Source: Cetorhinus maximus
Lineage: Eukaryota
DNA: 64,000 nt
Assembly: GCF_964194155.1 (NCBI RefSeq)
Contig: NC_135884.1
Coordinates: 103,416,001 to 103,480,000 of the forward strand
Direction of reading: 5' to 3'
Program-made: the position numbers and the translations under genes
The notes under the pieces: model-generated
Database searches by the model: none
The model's input: the letters and a program-made list of their open reading frames with translations, nothing else
What the model was told of the DNA's origin: nothing
In this document: in pieces, positions 1 to 9,731 of the stretch
How the letters are laid out: each line of letters begins with the position of its first letter
How positions within the stretch are numbered: position 1 is the stretch's first letter

Positions 1-955
1 CCCTACAACTCAACCTCCTCCCACGGCACCTTCCCATGCAACCGCAGAAGGTGCAACACCTGCCCCTTTACATCCCCCCCTCCTCACCATCCAAGGGCCC
101 AAACACTCCTTTCAAGTGAAGCAGCATTTCATTTGCACTTCCCTCAATTTAGTCTACTGCATTCGCTGCTTCCAATGCGGTTTCCTCTACATTGGAGAGA
201 CCAAACGCAGACTGGGTGACCAGTTTGCGGAACACCTTCGGTCTGTCCGCAAGCATGACCCAGACCTCCCTGTCGCTTGCCATTTCAACACTCCACCCTG
301 CTCTCATGCCCACATGTCCGTCCTTGGCCTGCTGCAATGTTCCAGTGAAGCTCAACGCAAACTGGAGGAACAGCACCTCATCTTCCGATTAGGCACTTTA
401 CAACCTTCCAGACTTAACATTGAGTTCAACAACTTCAGATCATGAACTCTCTCCTCCATCTCCGCCCCCTTTCCGATCCCCTTTTTTCTAATAATTATTA
501 TATATATATTTTAAATATATTTTTCTTTTCCCACCCATTTCTATTATTATTTTTAAATTTATTTCCATCCATTGTTTTATCTCCACCTTTTAGTCTATTT
601 CGATCCCTTACCCCCACCCCACCCCACCCCCACTAGGGCCATCTGTCACTTGCTCATCCTGCTTTCTACCCTTAATGTCACCATTAGCACATCCTTTAGC
701 TAACATCACCAACGTCAACACCCCTTTGTCCTTTTGTCTATGACATCTTTGGCAATCTCTCCCTTGTCTCCACCTATCACTGACACTCTATCCAGCCCCA
801 CTTGTCCCACCCCCCCTTAAACAGCTTATATTTCACCTCATTTCTATTTCTCTTCAGTTCTGATGAAGAGTCATACGGACTTGAAATGTTAACTATATTC
901 CTCTCAGCAGACGCTGTCAGACCTGCTGAGTTTTTCCAGCTATTTTTGTTTTTGT
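1..955 (+). mobile_element. Penelope-like element (PLE), 3' part: Cys-rich linker, GIY-YIG endonuclease and 3' terminal region
   Basis: ORF 116-445 reads NLVYCIRC..CGFLYIGETKRRLGDQFAEHLRSV...RKLEEQHLIFRLGTLQPSRLNIEF, a PLE GIY-YIG domain. Upstream GTFPCNRRRCNTC is in another frame, with the frameshift in the C-run near 75-80. A homologous copy lies inverted at 6885-7447. Confidence 0.88.
855..895 (+). ncRNA. Minimal type I hammerhead ribozyme motif within the PLE end
   Basis: cAGTT-CTGATGA-a-GAGTC-atacg-GACTT-GAAA-tg-TT-AACT. Both core boxes (CUGANGA, GAAA) are present, stem II is GAGTC/GACTT, stem I is AGTT/AACT, and stem III is vestigial. Confidence 0.65.
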
Positions 956-1309
956 TCCTAAATTTGAACATGTTAACCAATGGGTTAGAATATATAGCAT
1001 TGATCTGTTCATGCCAGGCATAATTCAGCAGAGATAACCAGAACAGCATAGATGAACAAAGTCTGCACGAGTGCATGCTTTAACTGAAGAACATTATTGA
1101 AGTAGCAAGGCTGCAAACTTGGAATGAATCAACACTTGCCCATTCATGATTAAGAAAAAGCAGGAACCCTTTACAGAGTTTAATGCATCCCTCGCACAAA
1201 TTCCACTACTCTCAACAAACAAAGGTGATGAACAGCAACAACCCATCTGGAAAAGAGTTTAAAAAAAACTTTACCACAATTTCTGTGCAACACTCTCTAC
1301 ATGAATACA

Positions 1310-1800
1310 AAACCAAAATAGTGTGAATCCTGAAAATCTGAAATAAAAAACAGAATACTGGAAATGGATCAGATTTCCAGCACCTGCGGTACTCTGCTTT
1401 TGTAAATGTTGGAAATACTTAACTAGGGTGGCAGCATCTGTGGAGAAACGAGAGTTAACTTTTCAGACTGATGACCTTTTGTCAGAGCTGGAAGTTAGCA
1501 ATATAAGCGTTTTTTAGCAAGTACAGAGTCAAGGAAAAGGGGGAGGAAAGAAAACTGGGGAAGGTCTGTGTTATGATGGAGGGCCAGAGAGGTTGGATGA
1601 CAGAAGGGATGATAGCCCATGGCAAAACAGGCTGCTCAAGGGACAAGTAAAGACACAAGAGGAGGTGGGTCCCATTCTCAGAACCTGCTATCCAAAATAA
1701 TGGGAGAGACGGTTGGCTGGAAATCACAACTCTAATATTTATTTGTGATAACACCTCAGGATGGACAACTGTCGGGTTCCAGTGCTGGTTAAAAAGAACA
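1310..1800 (-). mobile_element. Degenerate PLE-derived terminal fragments
   Basis: Segments such as aaacagaatactggaaat, gcagcatctgtggagaaacgagagttaacttttcag and gtcagagctgg resemble the reverse complement of 850-955. Confidence 0.55.
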
Positions 1801-1959
1801 TTCCACATCCATTCTGTTGGCTGAATAGAGAAAAAAAATATCTATTTTTTAGGAAGTCTCCTTAATCCCATCCACAGGTCCCAGGATACTCAAGGTGAGG
1901 ATCATCACGTATTAGGCACTAGAGCTACTGAGTAGATCCACGCACTGTACCATTGTGTG

Positions 1960-2368
1960 AAGCCAATGTGTTGTGCCACAAAGCGACGAGGCGGAATATT
2001 TAAAATATATTTATATCTATTAACGGCGTCCTCACCTGAATGCCAACTGATGCAAATCCCAAACTGTAGCCCAGGACACGGTGTAGCTAACCGTGCACCA
2101 GAAACACATGGGCAAAGGTCACTTCCGCCTAACTGGTGCGTCATTTCTATGCGCCGGTCCGTTCCGTTTTGGAATCCTGAGGACGCCAGTGTTCCAGAGC
2201 TGCCGCGTGGGCAGGTTTCCCCGTTCCGTTTTGGAATCCTGAGGGCGCCAGTGTTCCAGCGCTGCCTGGTGGGGAGGTTTCCCTGTTCCGTTTTGGAATC
2301 CTGAGGACGCCAGTGTTCCAGAGCTGCCGCATGGGGAGGGAGTGGTTTCCATCCACGAACTCGGCAAC
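1960..2368. promoter_or_regulatory. CpG-island promoter region of DDX28, possibly bidirectional
   Basis: CpG content rises sharply from about 1980. An ETS/GABP-type CACTTCCGCC lies at about 2120-2129, directly upstream of the CDS. Confidence 0.55.
2159..2339. repeat. 62-bp tandem repeat, about 2.9 copies
   Basis: The unit ccgttccgttttggaatcctgaggacgccagtgttccagagctgccgcgtgggcaggtttcc starts at 2159, 2221 and 2283, with few mismatches. Confidence 0.95.
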
Positions 2369-4093
2369 ATGTTGACATTCGGCTCCCGGTTCCGTCTTCA
2401 GCCGCGGGGCCCCGAATCTCCGGCCGCCCGAGCCGGGGCGCTCCTGAGGGAGAGGCTGGCCTCCACCAGTGTCGGCCCCCAGGCGCCGGCCCCCGGCGGC
2501 GAGCTGCCCGTCATCCGCATCCCACAGAAGACGCGGCTCCGGGCAGAGGAGAGGCTGAAACGGGCGGCGGGGAGCCGTGCGCCGGCGCTGAGGCTGACCA
2601 GGCCGGGCCGGCTGCTCATCATGGGGAAGCGGCCCCAGCTGAACCAGCACGCCGGCTACACTTTCGGCAAGTTCGAGCCGGTGCCCCTGGTCTCCAAGGG
2701 CTGGAAGCACAGGAAGGCGGCCGGGGATTATTTTGTCATTAACAACATGCGGAGCCAGCCGCCTGTTTTACCAGGGGGAGAGGAGGGCGAGAAGCTCCGG
2801 GAAAAGGTGCCGAGTTTCGGCTCCTTGGGGCTGTGCAGTGAGCTGCGGGATGCACTGGACAACATGGGCATTTCCCATCCGACCAGTGTCCAAGCACAGA
2901 GCATCGCCGCTCTGCTCAGGGGGAGGAATGTGTTGTGCGCGGCCGAGACCGGCAGCGGCAAGACCCTAAGCTACCTCCTGCCTTTACTGCAAGCCCAGGC
3001 TGCGGGGAGGAGAGACAGTGCCGGCGACGATGGGCCGAGCAGCCTGGTGCTGGTCCCCTCCCGGGAACTGGCCGAGCAGCTCCAGCAAGTGGCCCGGCCG
3101 CTGGCGGCCGTCCTGAAGCTCAATGTGCAGACGGTGGGGGGCGGCCGGGGGATGGGCAACGTGAAGCTGACCTTGTCCCGGGGACCCATCGACCTGCTGA
3201 TCTCAACGCCCGGAGTCCTGTGGAAAGCCCTGAGGAGAGACTTCCTCTCCCTCCGCAAGCTGAGCCACCTGGTGCTGGATGAGGCGGACACTCTGTTTGA
3301 CGGAAGCTTTGTGGACTTACTGGAGGACATTCTCCAGCACAGCCAGATCGCTGCTCACCCCTCCGAAACCCGGGGGGTGGAGAGGAAAGCCCAGCTGGTG
3401 GTTACAGGCGCCACGTTCCCGGGGGGAGTGGGAGAACTTCTCAGTAAAGTCACTGATTTGGGCAGCATCACCACCATAAAGAGTAAGGGGCTGCACCACC
3501 TCATGCCACACGTGAAGCAGAAGTTCATGAAGGTCAAACGGACAGATAAAGCTAGTGACTTACTGCAAATGTTAAAGGAGCTGGTTGCTGAGAAAGCTGG
3601 CACTGGAGTGCTGGTGTTTTGCAACAGTGCAGCAACAGTTAATTGGCTTGGCTATGTCCTGGACGACCATAGTATCAAACACTCCCGCTTGCAGGGGAAT
3701 ATGAAAGCTGAAAAGCGCAGTGGAATATTTTGCATGTTCCAGCAGGGTTTGATAGACCTCCTTGTTTGCACAGACATTGCATCTCGTGGATTGGACACTC
3801 AGAGGGTGGAAGTTGTAATCAATTATGACTTTCCCCCGACGCTGTGCGATTATATCCACCGTGCTGGGCGGGTGGGGCGTGTTGGCAGCAAGGTTTTGGG
3901 GACCGTCGTTAGTTTTGTGACACACCCCTGGGAGGTTGAACTCGTCCAGAAAATTGAGACTGCAGCTCGGCAAAAAGTGATACTCCCTGGTCTGGAATCC
4001 GAAATCAACCACCCTGTGAAGAAAAGTGCACCAGAATTATCAAAAGACCACCAGAATTATCAGAAGACCAGAAGTGAACTCTCTTCAGAGTGA
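2369..4093 (+). CDS. DDX28: Probable ATP-dependent RNA helicase DDX28 (mitochondrial DEAD-box), single exon, 574 aa from the first ATG
   Basis: Q motif (FGSLGL..HPTSVQ), AETGSGKT, PSRELA, STPG, DEAD, GAT (motif III variant), TDIASRGLD and HRAGRVGR are all present. The N-terminal PLVSKGWKHRKAAGDYF segment is DDX28-like, the leader is Arg-rich and presequence-like, and the gene is intronless like its vertebrate orthologues. Confidence 0.93.
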   Translation: MLTFGSRFRLQPRGPESPAARAGALLRERLASTSVGPQAPAPGGELPVIRIPQKTRLRAEERLKRAAGSRAPALRLTRPGRLLIMGKRPQLNQHAGYTFGKFEPVPLVSKGWKHRKAAGDYFVINNMRSQPPVLPGGEEGEKLREKVPSFGSLGLCSELRDALDNMGISHPTSVQAQSIAALLRGRNVLCAAETGSGKTLSYLLPLLQAQAAGRRDSAGDDGPSSLVLVPSRELAEQLQQVARPLAAVLKLNVQTVGGGRGMGNVKLTLSRGPIDLLISTPGVLWKALRRDFLSLRKLSHLVLDEADTLFDGSFVDLLEDILQHSQIAAHPSETRGVERKAQLVVTGATFPGGVGELLSKVTDLGSITTIKSKGLHHLMPHVKQKFMKVKRTDKASDLLQMLKELVAEKAGTGVLVFCNSAATVNWLGYVLDDHSIKHSRLQGNMKAEKRSGIFCMFQQGLIDLLVCTDIASRGLDTQRVEVVINYDFPPTLCDYIHRAGRVGRVGSKVLGTVVSFVTHPWEVELVQKIETAARQKVILPGLESEINHPVKKSAPELSKDHQNYQKTRSELSSE

Positions 4094-4234
4094 CTTGTGT
4101 TCGAATAATGGCTGTGTCAGTTAGTTTTGTAATCTAAAGTTATTGAAGTAAAATGTTTAACTTGCTGCTTAATGTTAACTTTCATGATTTTTGAAACGGA
4201 GAGAGGCGACAAATAATACTGTGAACTAAAACAG

Positions 4235-4562
4235 GGTGTCCTAATGTGTCTAAGTGGTAGCACTTGCATCCCTGAGTATGATTCCCAAGACTTCAACACA
4301 AAATCTAGGCGCTGATTTGCTGAGGGTGTGCTGCACAGTCTTTCAGGTAGGATGGCAAACCGAGGCCCTGACTACCTCAGTATATGGCTCTATTTCGAAG
4401 AAGACTTCTTTACCAATATTTATCCCTCAGCCAATTTCACTAAAGTGCCTTTCCCGGTAATTATCACATTGCTGTTTGTGGGAGCTTGCTGTGCACAAAT
4501 TGGCTGTAAAGCACTTTGGAATGTCCTGAGGTAGTGACACGTGCTATGCAAGTGCAAGTCTT
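4235..4562 (+). mobile_element. Degenerate Deu-domain SINE (SacSINE1/AmnSINE-like) just downstream of DDX28
   Basis: Deu-like core cattgctgtttgtgggagcttgctgtgcacaaattggctg and tail taaagcactttggaatgtcctgagg...gtgctat...tgcaagtctt. Related copies lie at 57555-58000 and 58200-58555. Confidence 0.65.
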
Positions 4563-6023
4563 GAAATGTTTTGATTCGTCGGACGGGTCAGTGTGTTGCA
4601 ACTAGCGAGGGAGAACAGCGTACAAGTACATCTCGTAGAATCAGAATTAGAATACATTCGGCAACTCCCAATATAGTATGTACTTCACTCCATCCTTCAC
4701 TCGTGCCTGCTTCCCTTTCACATCATTCTCTTTTTGTTGACTTCTCTGCCCTTCTTCCTTTTCTCTTCCCTTTTACTGTCCTTTTACCTAATATGTTTTC
4801 ACCCCTCTCCCACAAGCGGGAAAGGCTGGTGGCATTGGCACTTGAATGGCTGTTGTGCCCAGTTCTGATTCTGTCAAAACACCCTTTGTTTTAAGTAGTG
4901 ACTGTGGTTCTAAGATTCTAAATTGTATTTTAGTTGTTTGGGCTTGGCTGCCCTTACACTGTAGCAAGAGCAGCACCCTTTTGACCCGTCCTGCAACCTT
5001 TCTCTGTGTGCATGAAAATGCCACAAGCCCACTGCTCTGTTGGTGTGTCTTGCCTGTAATTTACCATTCACCATAAAGACTTTTTGATAGGTACGTTAGT
5101 TTTTGATGAGACAAAACAAAAATTGCCTGCCCCTGTTTATATCTCCATATTAATATATATTTATATTCATATTATCCTTTTAGTAGGACTGTTGGAATCA
5201 GAATTTTAAAAGCTATCAAATTGCTCTAATACCAGTTATTTTCTTTTTAAAAAAAAGTCAATATAATTACACTGCTTTTGACAGCAGCATTGTACTTAAT
5301 AAACATTTCATGGCACTACTTTAGTCATTGCCACCTGCCTGTCTGATATACTGACGACCAAAACCCCAGCTTTTTCATTCTTTAAAAAAAAACACTTGGT
5401 GGCTTGAGTTAGTAAAGCTGTATTCTAGGATCTAAACAAACCAATCAGCATCTATATTGACTTTTAATAATAAATCAAATGTTACTGGTTTAATTGAGAG
5501 GCACATTAAAATTTAGAATTTACTTGTAAAATCTGGCAAGATACCATTGCAAAATTAAACGACTCAGCAAACTGATGGGACCAAACATGAGAATCCATGG
5601 TCTAAATTCCCACAAGGACCACATCAAAATGAGTTAGAAGTTGGCAGTATTTTGATTCTGCTTTGCCTGTTTGGAGGAGAAAACTAACACTGAAAGCAGA
5701 ACAAATAAATTGAGAAAGGATCCTTTTGATGACAATTGGCTTAAAATGTAGCACTGACATATTAACTTATCACATTTCAGAAATGGACAAGATCTAATTG
5801 TCATAGTGTAAATTACTAATTTTTAAGTATATAAACGTGAACAGAACATCACAATTATAACTGAGCCATGTACTCAATGCTGCCTTTCTGGCTTCAGTTA
5901 TAACTAGAGGTTTTATCTTCATATTTTTTCCTTTCTCACTTGTTACTAATTTTCGGTGGCTAACAAAAGCAGTAGTACAGGCTCATACCCATCTTTCCAG
6001 TAATTCGTGCTGGAGCAGGAGTG

Positions 6024-6852
6024 TAGTAGGGGGCTCATCTCAATGTCAAGTTGTGACACAAAGCTTGCGATCGGTCTAGTTCAGCCATAGGCAGTTGCCA
6101 GGGAGTGGGATGAAACCAGTGGCTAGAGAATGGAGTTTGTGGTGGTATTCAAAGGCAATGACTTTGGCTTTCCTAATGGAAGAAATTTCTGCTCATCCAG
6201 CTCTGGATGTCGGACCAGCATGGTGACAAATCAGAGACCATATTCAAAACTCTCCAATCAGCTTTCCACCCCTGCCACAGTACTGGAATGGTTCTTAGAG
6301 TCACACATTACATCCTGTTTGAGTGACTGGGGTAAACTGTTCCTCGTTCATGAACTGTACTCTGTCTGCATCATCCTCTCCAATGCCACCCTGCCACCCA
6401 TCTTGTTGGGATGCCCTCACATATTTCTCATTCTTATCTATCCAGTTGTAACCAGAGAGTCATCTTCAAGGCTTCTCTTCCTGCTCTCACAGTTGTCTCT
6501 GGACTCCCTGCCTCCCCCCCTGCTTCTCATCTACATACTGCCCTTAAGCAACATGATCTAAAAATGACATCAGGTTCAACACATGCTGACAACATACAGT
6601 TCAACTTCACTGACACATTGATCGACTTCTCCACGGCCTCTGTCACATTGCTTGTCTGACATCCAGGACTGACTGAGCATAAATTTCTTCCAACTATTTG
6701 GAAGGGCAAAGCCATTGTCTTTGAATTCCACCACAAACTCCATTCTCTAGCCACTAGTTTCATCCCACTCCCTGGCAACTGCCTGTGGCTGAACTAGACT
6801 GATCGCAAGCTTGGTATCATAATTTGACCATGAGATGAACCTCCTACCACAT
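6024..6852. mobile_element. L2-like LINE RT fragment arranged as a foldback (about 210-bp inverted arms)
   Basis: 6024-6236 is the reverse complement of about 6637-6852. The spacer translates to degenerate RT motifs (LLLIYILPLSNMI, HADNIQ). Confidence 0.7.
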
Positions 6853-6884
6853 CACTGTTTCATCACCAAGACTCTGTTCTAGAA

Positions 6885-7447
6885 GGAAAACAGAAAATGC
6901 TGGAAAAACTCAGCAGGTCTGACAACATCTCTGAAGAGAAAAACAGTTGACATTTCAAGTCCGTATGACCTTCTTCAGAGGTGAAGAGAAGTGGAAATGT
7001 GATGAAATTTAGCTGTTTAAGGGGGGGTGGAACAGGTGAAGCTGGATAGAAGGCCAGCGATAGGTGGGAACAAAGGAGAGTTTGACAAAGATGTCAGAGA
7101 CGAAGGGAGTGGTAGTGGCATAAAGGTAAGAAAGAATGTGATAATAGGACAGGGTAAACACTCTGAAAAGAACAACTTGAACAAGAAATAGATGGTCCTT
7201 GCAAGGGTGGGGTGGGGGGGAGGGGCTGGTGGAAAAAAAAGGATTGAAAATGGGATAAAACAATGAATAAAAATAAAATAAGTAGATAAAAAAATGAATT
7301 TTGGAAAAAAAGGGGTGAAGATAGAGAGAGTTTGTGGACTGAAGTTGTTGAACTCAATGTTAAGTCCGGAAGGTTGTAAAGTACCTAATCGAAAGATGAG
7401 GTGCTGTTCCTCCAGTTTGTGTTGGGCTTCACTGGAACATTGCAGCG
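6885..7447 (-). mobile_element. Penelope-like element 3' fragment, inverted copy of about 330-955
   Basis: The reverse complement encodes QCSSEAQHKLEEQHLIFRLGTLQPSGLNIEFNNF, followed by the same 3' region. A hammerhead-like motif lies at about 6944-6981. Confidence 0.85.
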
Positions 7448-7577
7448 GGCAGGTATGTTCTGTCCCTTTCTGTCACATTCCAGAACTCATTACTCAAATT
7501 GCTGCCCTGCTCCATTACTTTGTTGTTTCCCTTTACTATATATCCTCTCACATGATACCCCCCCCCCCCCCACCCCC

Positions 7578-8475
7578 AACTATTTAGTTTAAAGCTCTCT
7601 CTACTGCCCTAGTTATAAGATCCACCAGAACACTGGTCCTAACAGTACAGCTCCCACATTCTCCAGTACTGATGCCAGTGCCCCATGAATCAAAACCAAT
7701 TTCTCCCATGCTAATCTTTGAACCACACTCTCTAATCTGATTTACCCTACACTAATTTGCTCATGGCTCAGGTAATCATCCAGAGTTTATTACCCTTGAG
7801 GTTTGCATTTTAATTTAGCCTCGAGCTGTTCATACTGCCTATGCAGAAACTCTTTCCTAGTGTTATCTATGTCATTGGTATCTACATGGACCATGAGCAC
7901 TGAATTATCCCCCTCCCACTGCAAGTTTCTCTCCAGCCCAGAGCAGATGTCTTGAACCCTGGCATCGGGCAAGCAATACAATCGTATGGACTCACTCTCG
8001 ACTGCAGAGAACAGTATGTATTCCCCTGATTATATTGTCTCCTGTGACTACCACATTCCTCTTCACTGCCCCCACCTGAATGGCATCCTTTAGCATGGTG
8101 CCATGATCAATCCGCTCATCCATCTTGCAGGCCTTCACATTCACACAAGCACCCGGTACCTGTTGGACAAAGTCAGGGACTGAGGCTCCTCCATCACTAC
8201 ATGCTGGTTCCCCAAACCTGCCTGACTCAGTCACATCCTCCTGTCCCGGACCACTGACCTACTCCAAGGTTCTGCCTAACCTAAGGGGAGTGACTGCCTG
8301 CTGGAACAAAGTGTCCGGGTAACTCTTACCTTCCCTGTTGCCCCGCAATGTCTGCAACTGGGAACCTACGTTGCCTAAGCTGCAGACACTTTCTGCAGAT
8401 TGTTGTCTGTTTGCAGTGCATTCCACAGATTCCCACATTCTGAAGCCACGGCACACCACCAGCCCTGCCATTTCT
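7578..8475 (-). mobile_element. CR1 LINE 5' fragment (ORF1 zinc finger and SGNH/GDSL esterase remnants)
   Basis: Broken ORFs read VVCRGFRMWE, VVVTGDNIIRGI and YCLPDARVQDI...VHVDTNDI, typical of the CR1 ORF1 esterase. Confidence 0.75.
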
Positions 8476-8667
8476 GTCCAGCCTTATTTATTTAATTAGT
8501 CAATTAGTTAATAATTTACACAGTTAAAAATAATAGAAAGTTGCACACACCTAGCTTGGACACCAGGAAAATTGAAAGAGTGGGACAAAAAACTGAGAAC
8601 AAAGTTGTAAACATGTTTCTGAATTTCCAGAAAGGGGGGCTCAATAATATTGGGACATTTGCTTGGT

Positions 8668-8792
8668 GTACTTACACCCCATGGAGTGCAGTGGTTCAAG
8701 AAGGCAGCTCACCACCACCTTCTCAAGGACAATTAGGGATGGGCAATAAATGCTGGCCTAGCCAGCGACACCCACATCCCATGAATGAATAA
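8668..8792 (+). mobile_element. 3' tail of the (GAAT)n-tailed LINE family
   Basis: ggttcaagaaggcagctcaccaccaccttctcaagg...aattagggatgggcaataaatgctggcc...catgaatgaat is the same tail seen at 30537, 36720, 55300 and 62880. Confidence 0.75.
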
Positions 8793-8963
8793 ATTTAAAA
8801 GATAACTAGTGTTTTAAAATATCTGAAAGTGCTATTTTCTCCCTTTTAAATCTTCTTCATTCTTTGAATAAAAAGCTACAAGTCTCAGCTATGTTGTTTT
8901 GATTATTTTCAGGAACTTAGAGTGCCAGTGTTCATTCATCCTTCCTGGAAAGAAAGCACCTCT

Positions 8964-9493
8964 GGTGGAATTTAATGCCCACCCTACAGCGGATTAGGTG
9001 GCAGGGTGGCGCTTAATTGCTAATCAAGGCCCTTAAGTGGGCAATTGGGGCCTCATCTTGCTGCTGTTGGTATTAACCCAGCGGGAGAGGGGGTTGGGGG
9101 GAGGAGAAGTGGTTGGCATATGTGTTTGTTTGTGGACTCCCATGGGGATTCCCATGTTCAAAGGCATTCAGTGCCTGATCAAGGGTGCCTGCTGAGAACC
9201 AACCCTGCACTTGCTGCCAACACACCTCCCCCGTGGCCCCATTCCTGCCATCCCTCGCTTCTGGCCTGGGATCCAGTGACAATAGGCCTTGGGTGGATGT
9301 CTTATGGGCAGCAACCACCACCTCCCTGGTGGCGCTACTGTTCAATAGAGCTGCTGACCTCGGATTGGCCACTGTCTAGTTAAGTGCCTGCATGGGACTT
9401 AATGCGGCCTTCCCTAAAAGAGGAGGCATGGGGCCTTCACCAGCTTTCCAGCCAGCGGGAAAGACCCCTGTCGCCTCCTTTAAACACCACCCC
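8964..9493. mobile_element. Harbinger-like MITE
   Basis: Imperfect termini ggtggaatttaa ... ttaaacaccacc. The internal motif ggcccttaagtgggcaatt is shared with the Harbinger subterminal regions. Confidence 0.5.
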
Positions 9494-9731
9494 GCAGGAG
9501 AATTTTCCCCATGTCGGATAGGCCGAGCGGGACCCGGCGCGGACCCGATCGCTGCCTGCGCCACCATTTTACGCAGGCGGGTCAATTAAGGCCCACCCAG
9601 CGAAATGCGTGGCTCCTGAGGATAGCGGGAGTGTGCATGGGGCCGGTGGGAGTGCAATGACTGCTGGGCCCAGTGATGACCCGATGGTCTGTTTAAAAGA
9701 AGCGCTGGTAGCCTTGGAAAGGCGGATCACA

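Noticed and set aside
2159-2339. CRISPR-like array
   Set aside because: The units are contiguous 62-bp tandem copies with no unique spacers, there are no cas genes, and the context is vertebrate.
2342-2368. GTG start for DDX28 given by the ORF track
   Set aside because: This is a eukaryotic gene. The first in-frame ATG is at 2369 and begins a presequence-like segment.
1905-4012. Overlapping and antisense ORFs over DDX28 and its tandem repeat
   Set aside because: They are by-products of high GC and the repeat, with no recognisable domains.
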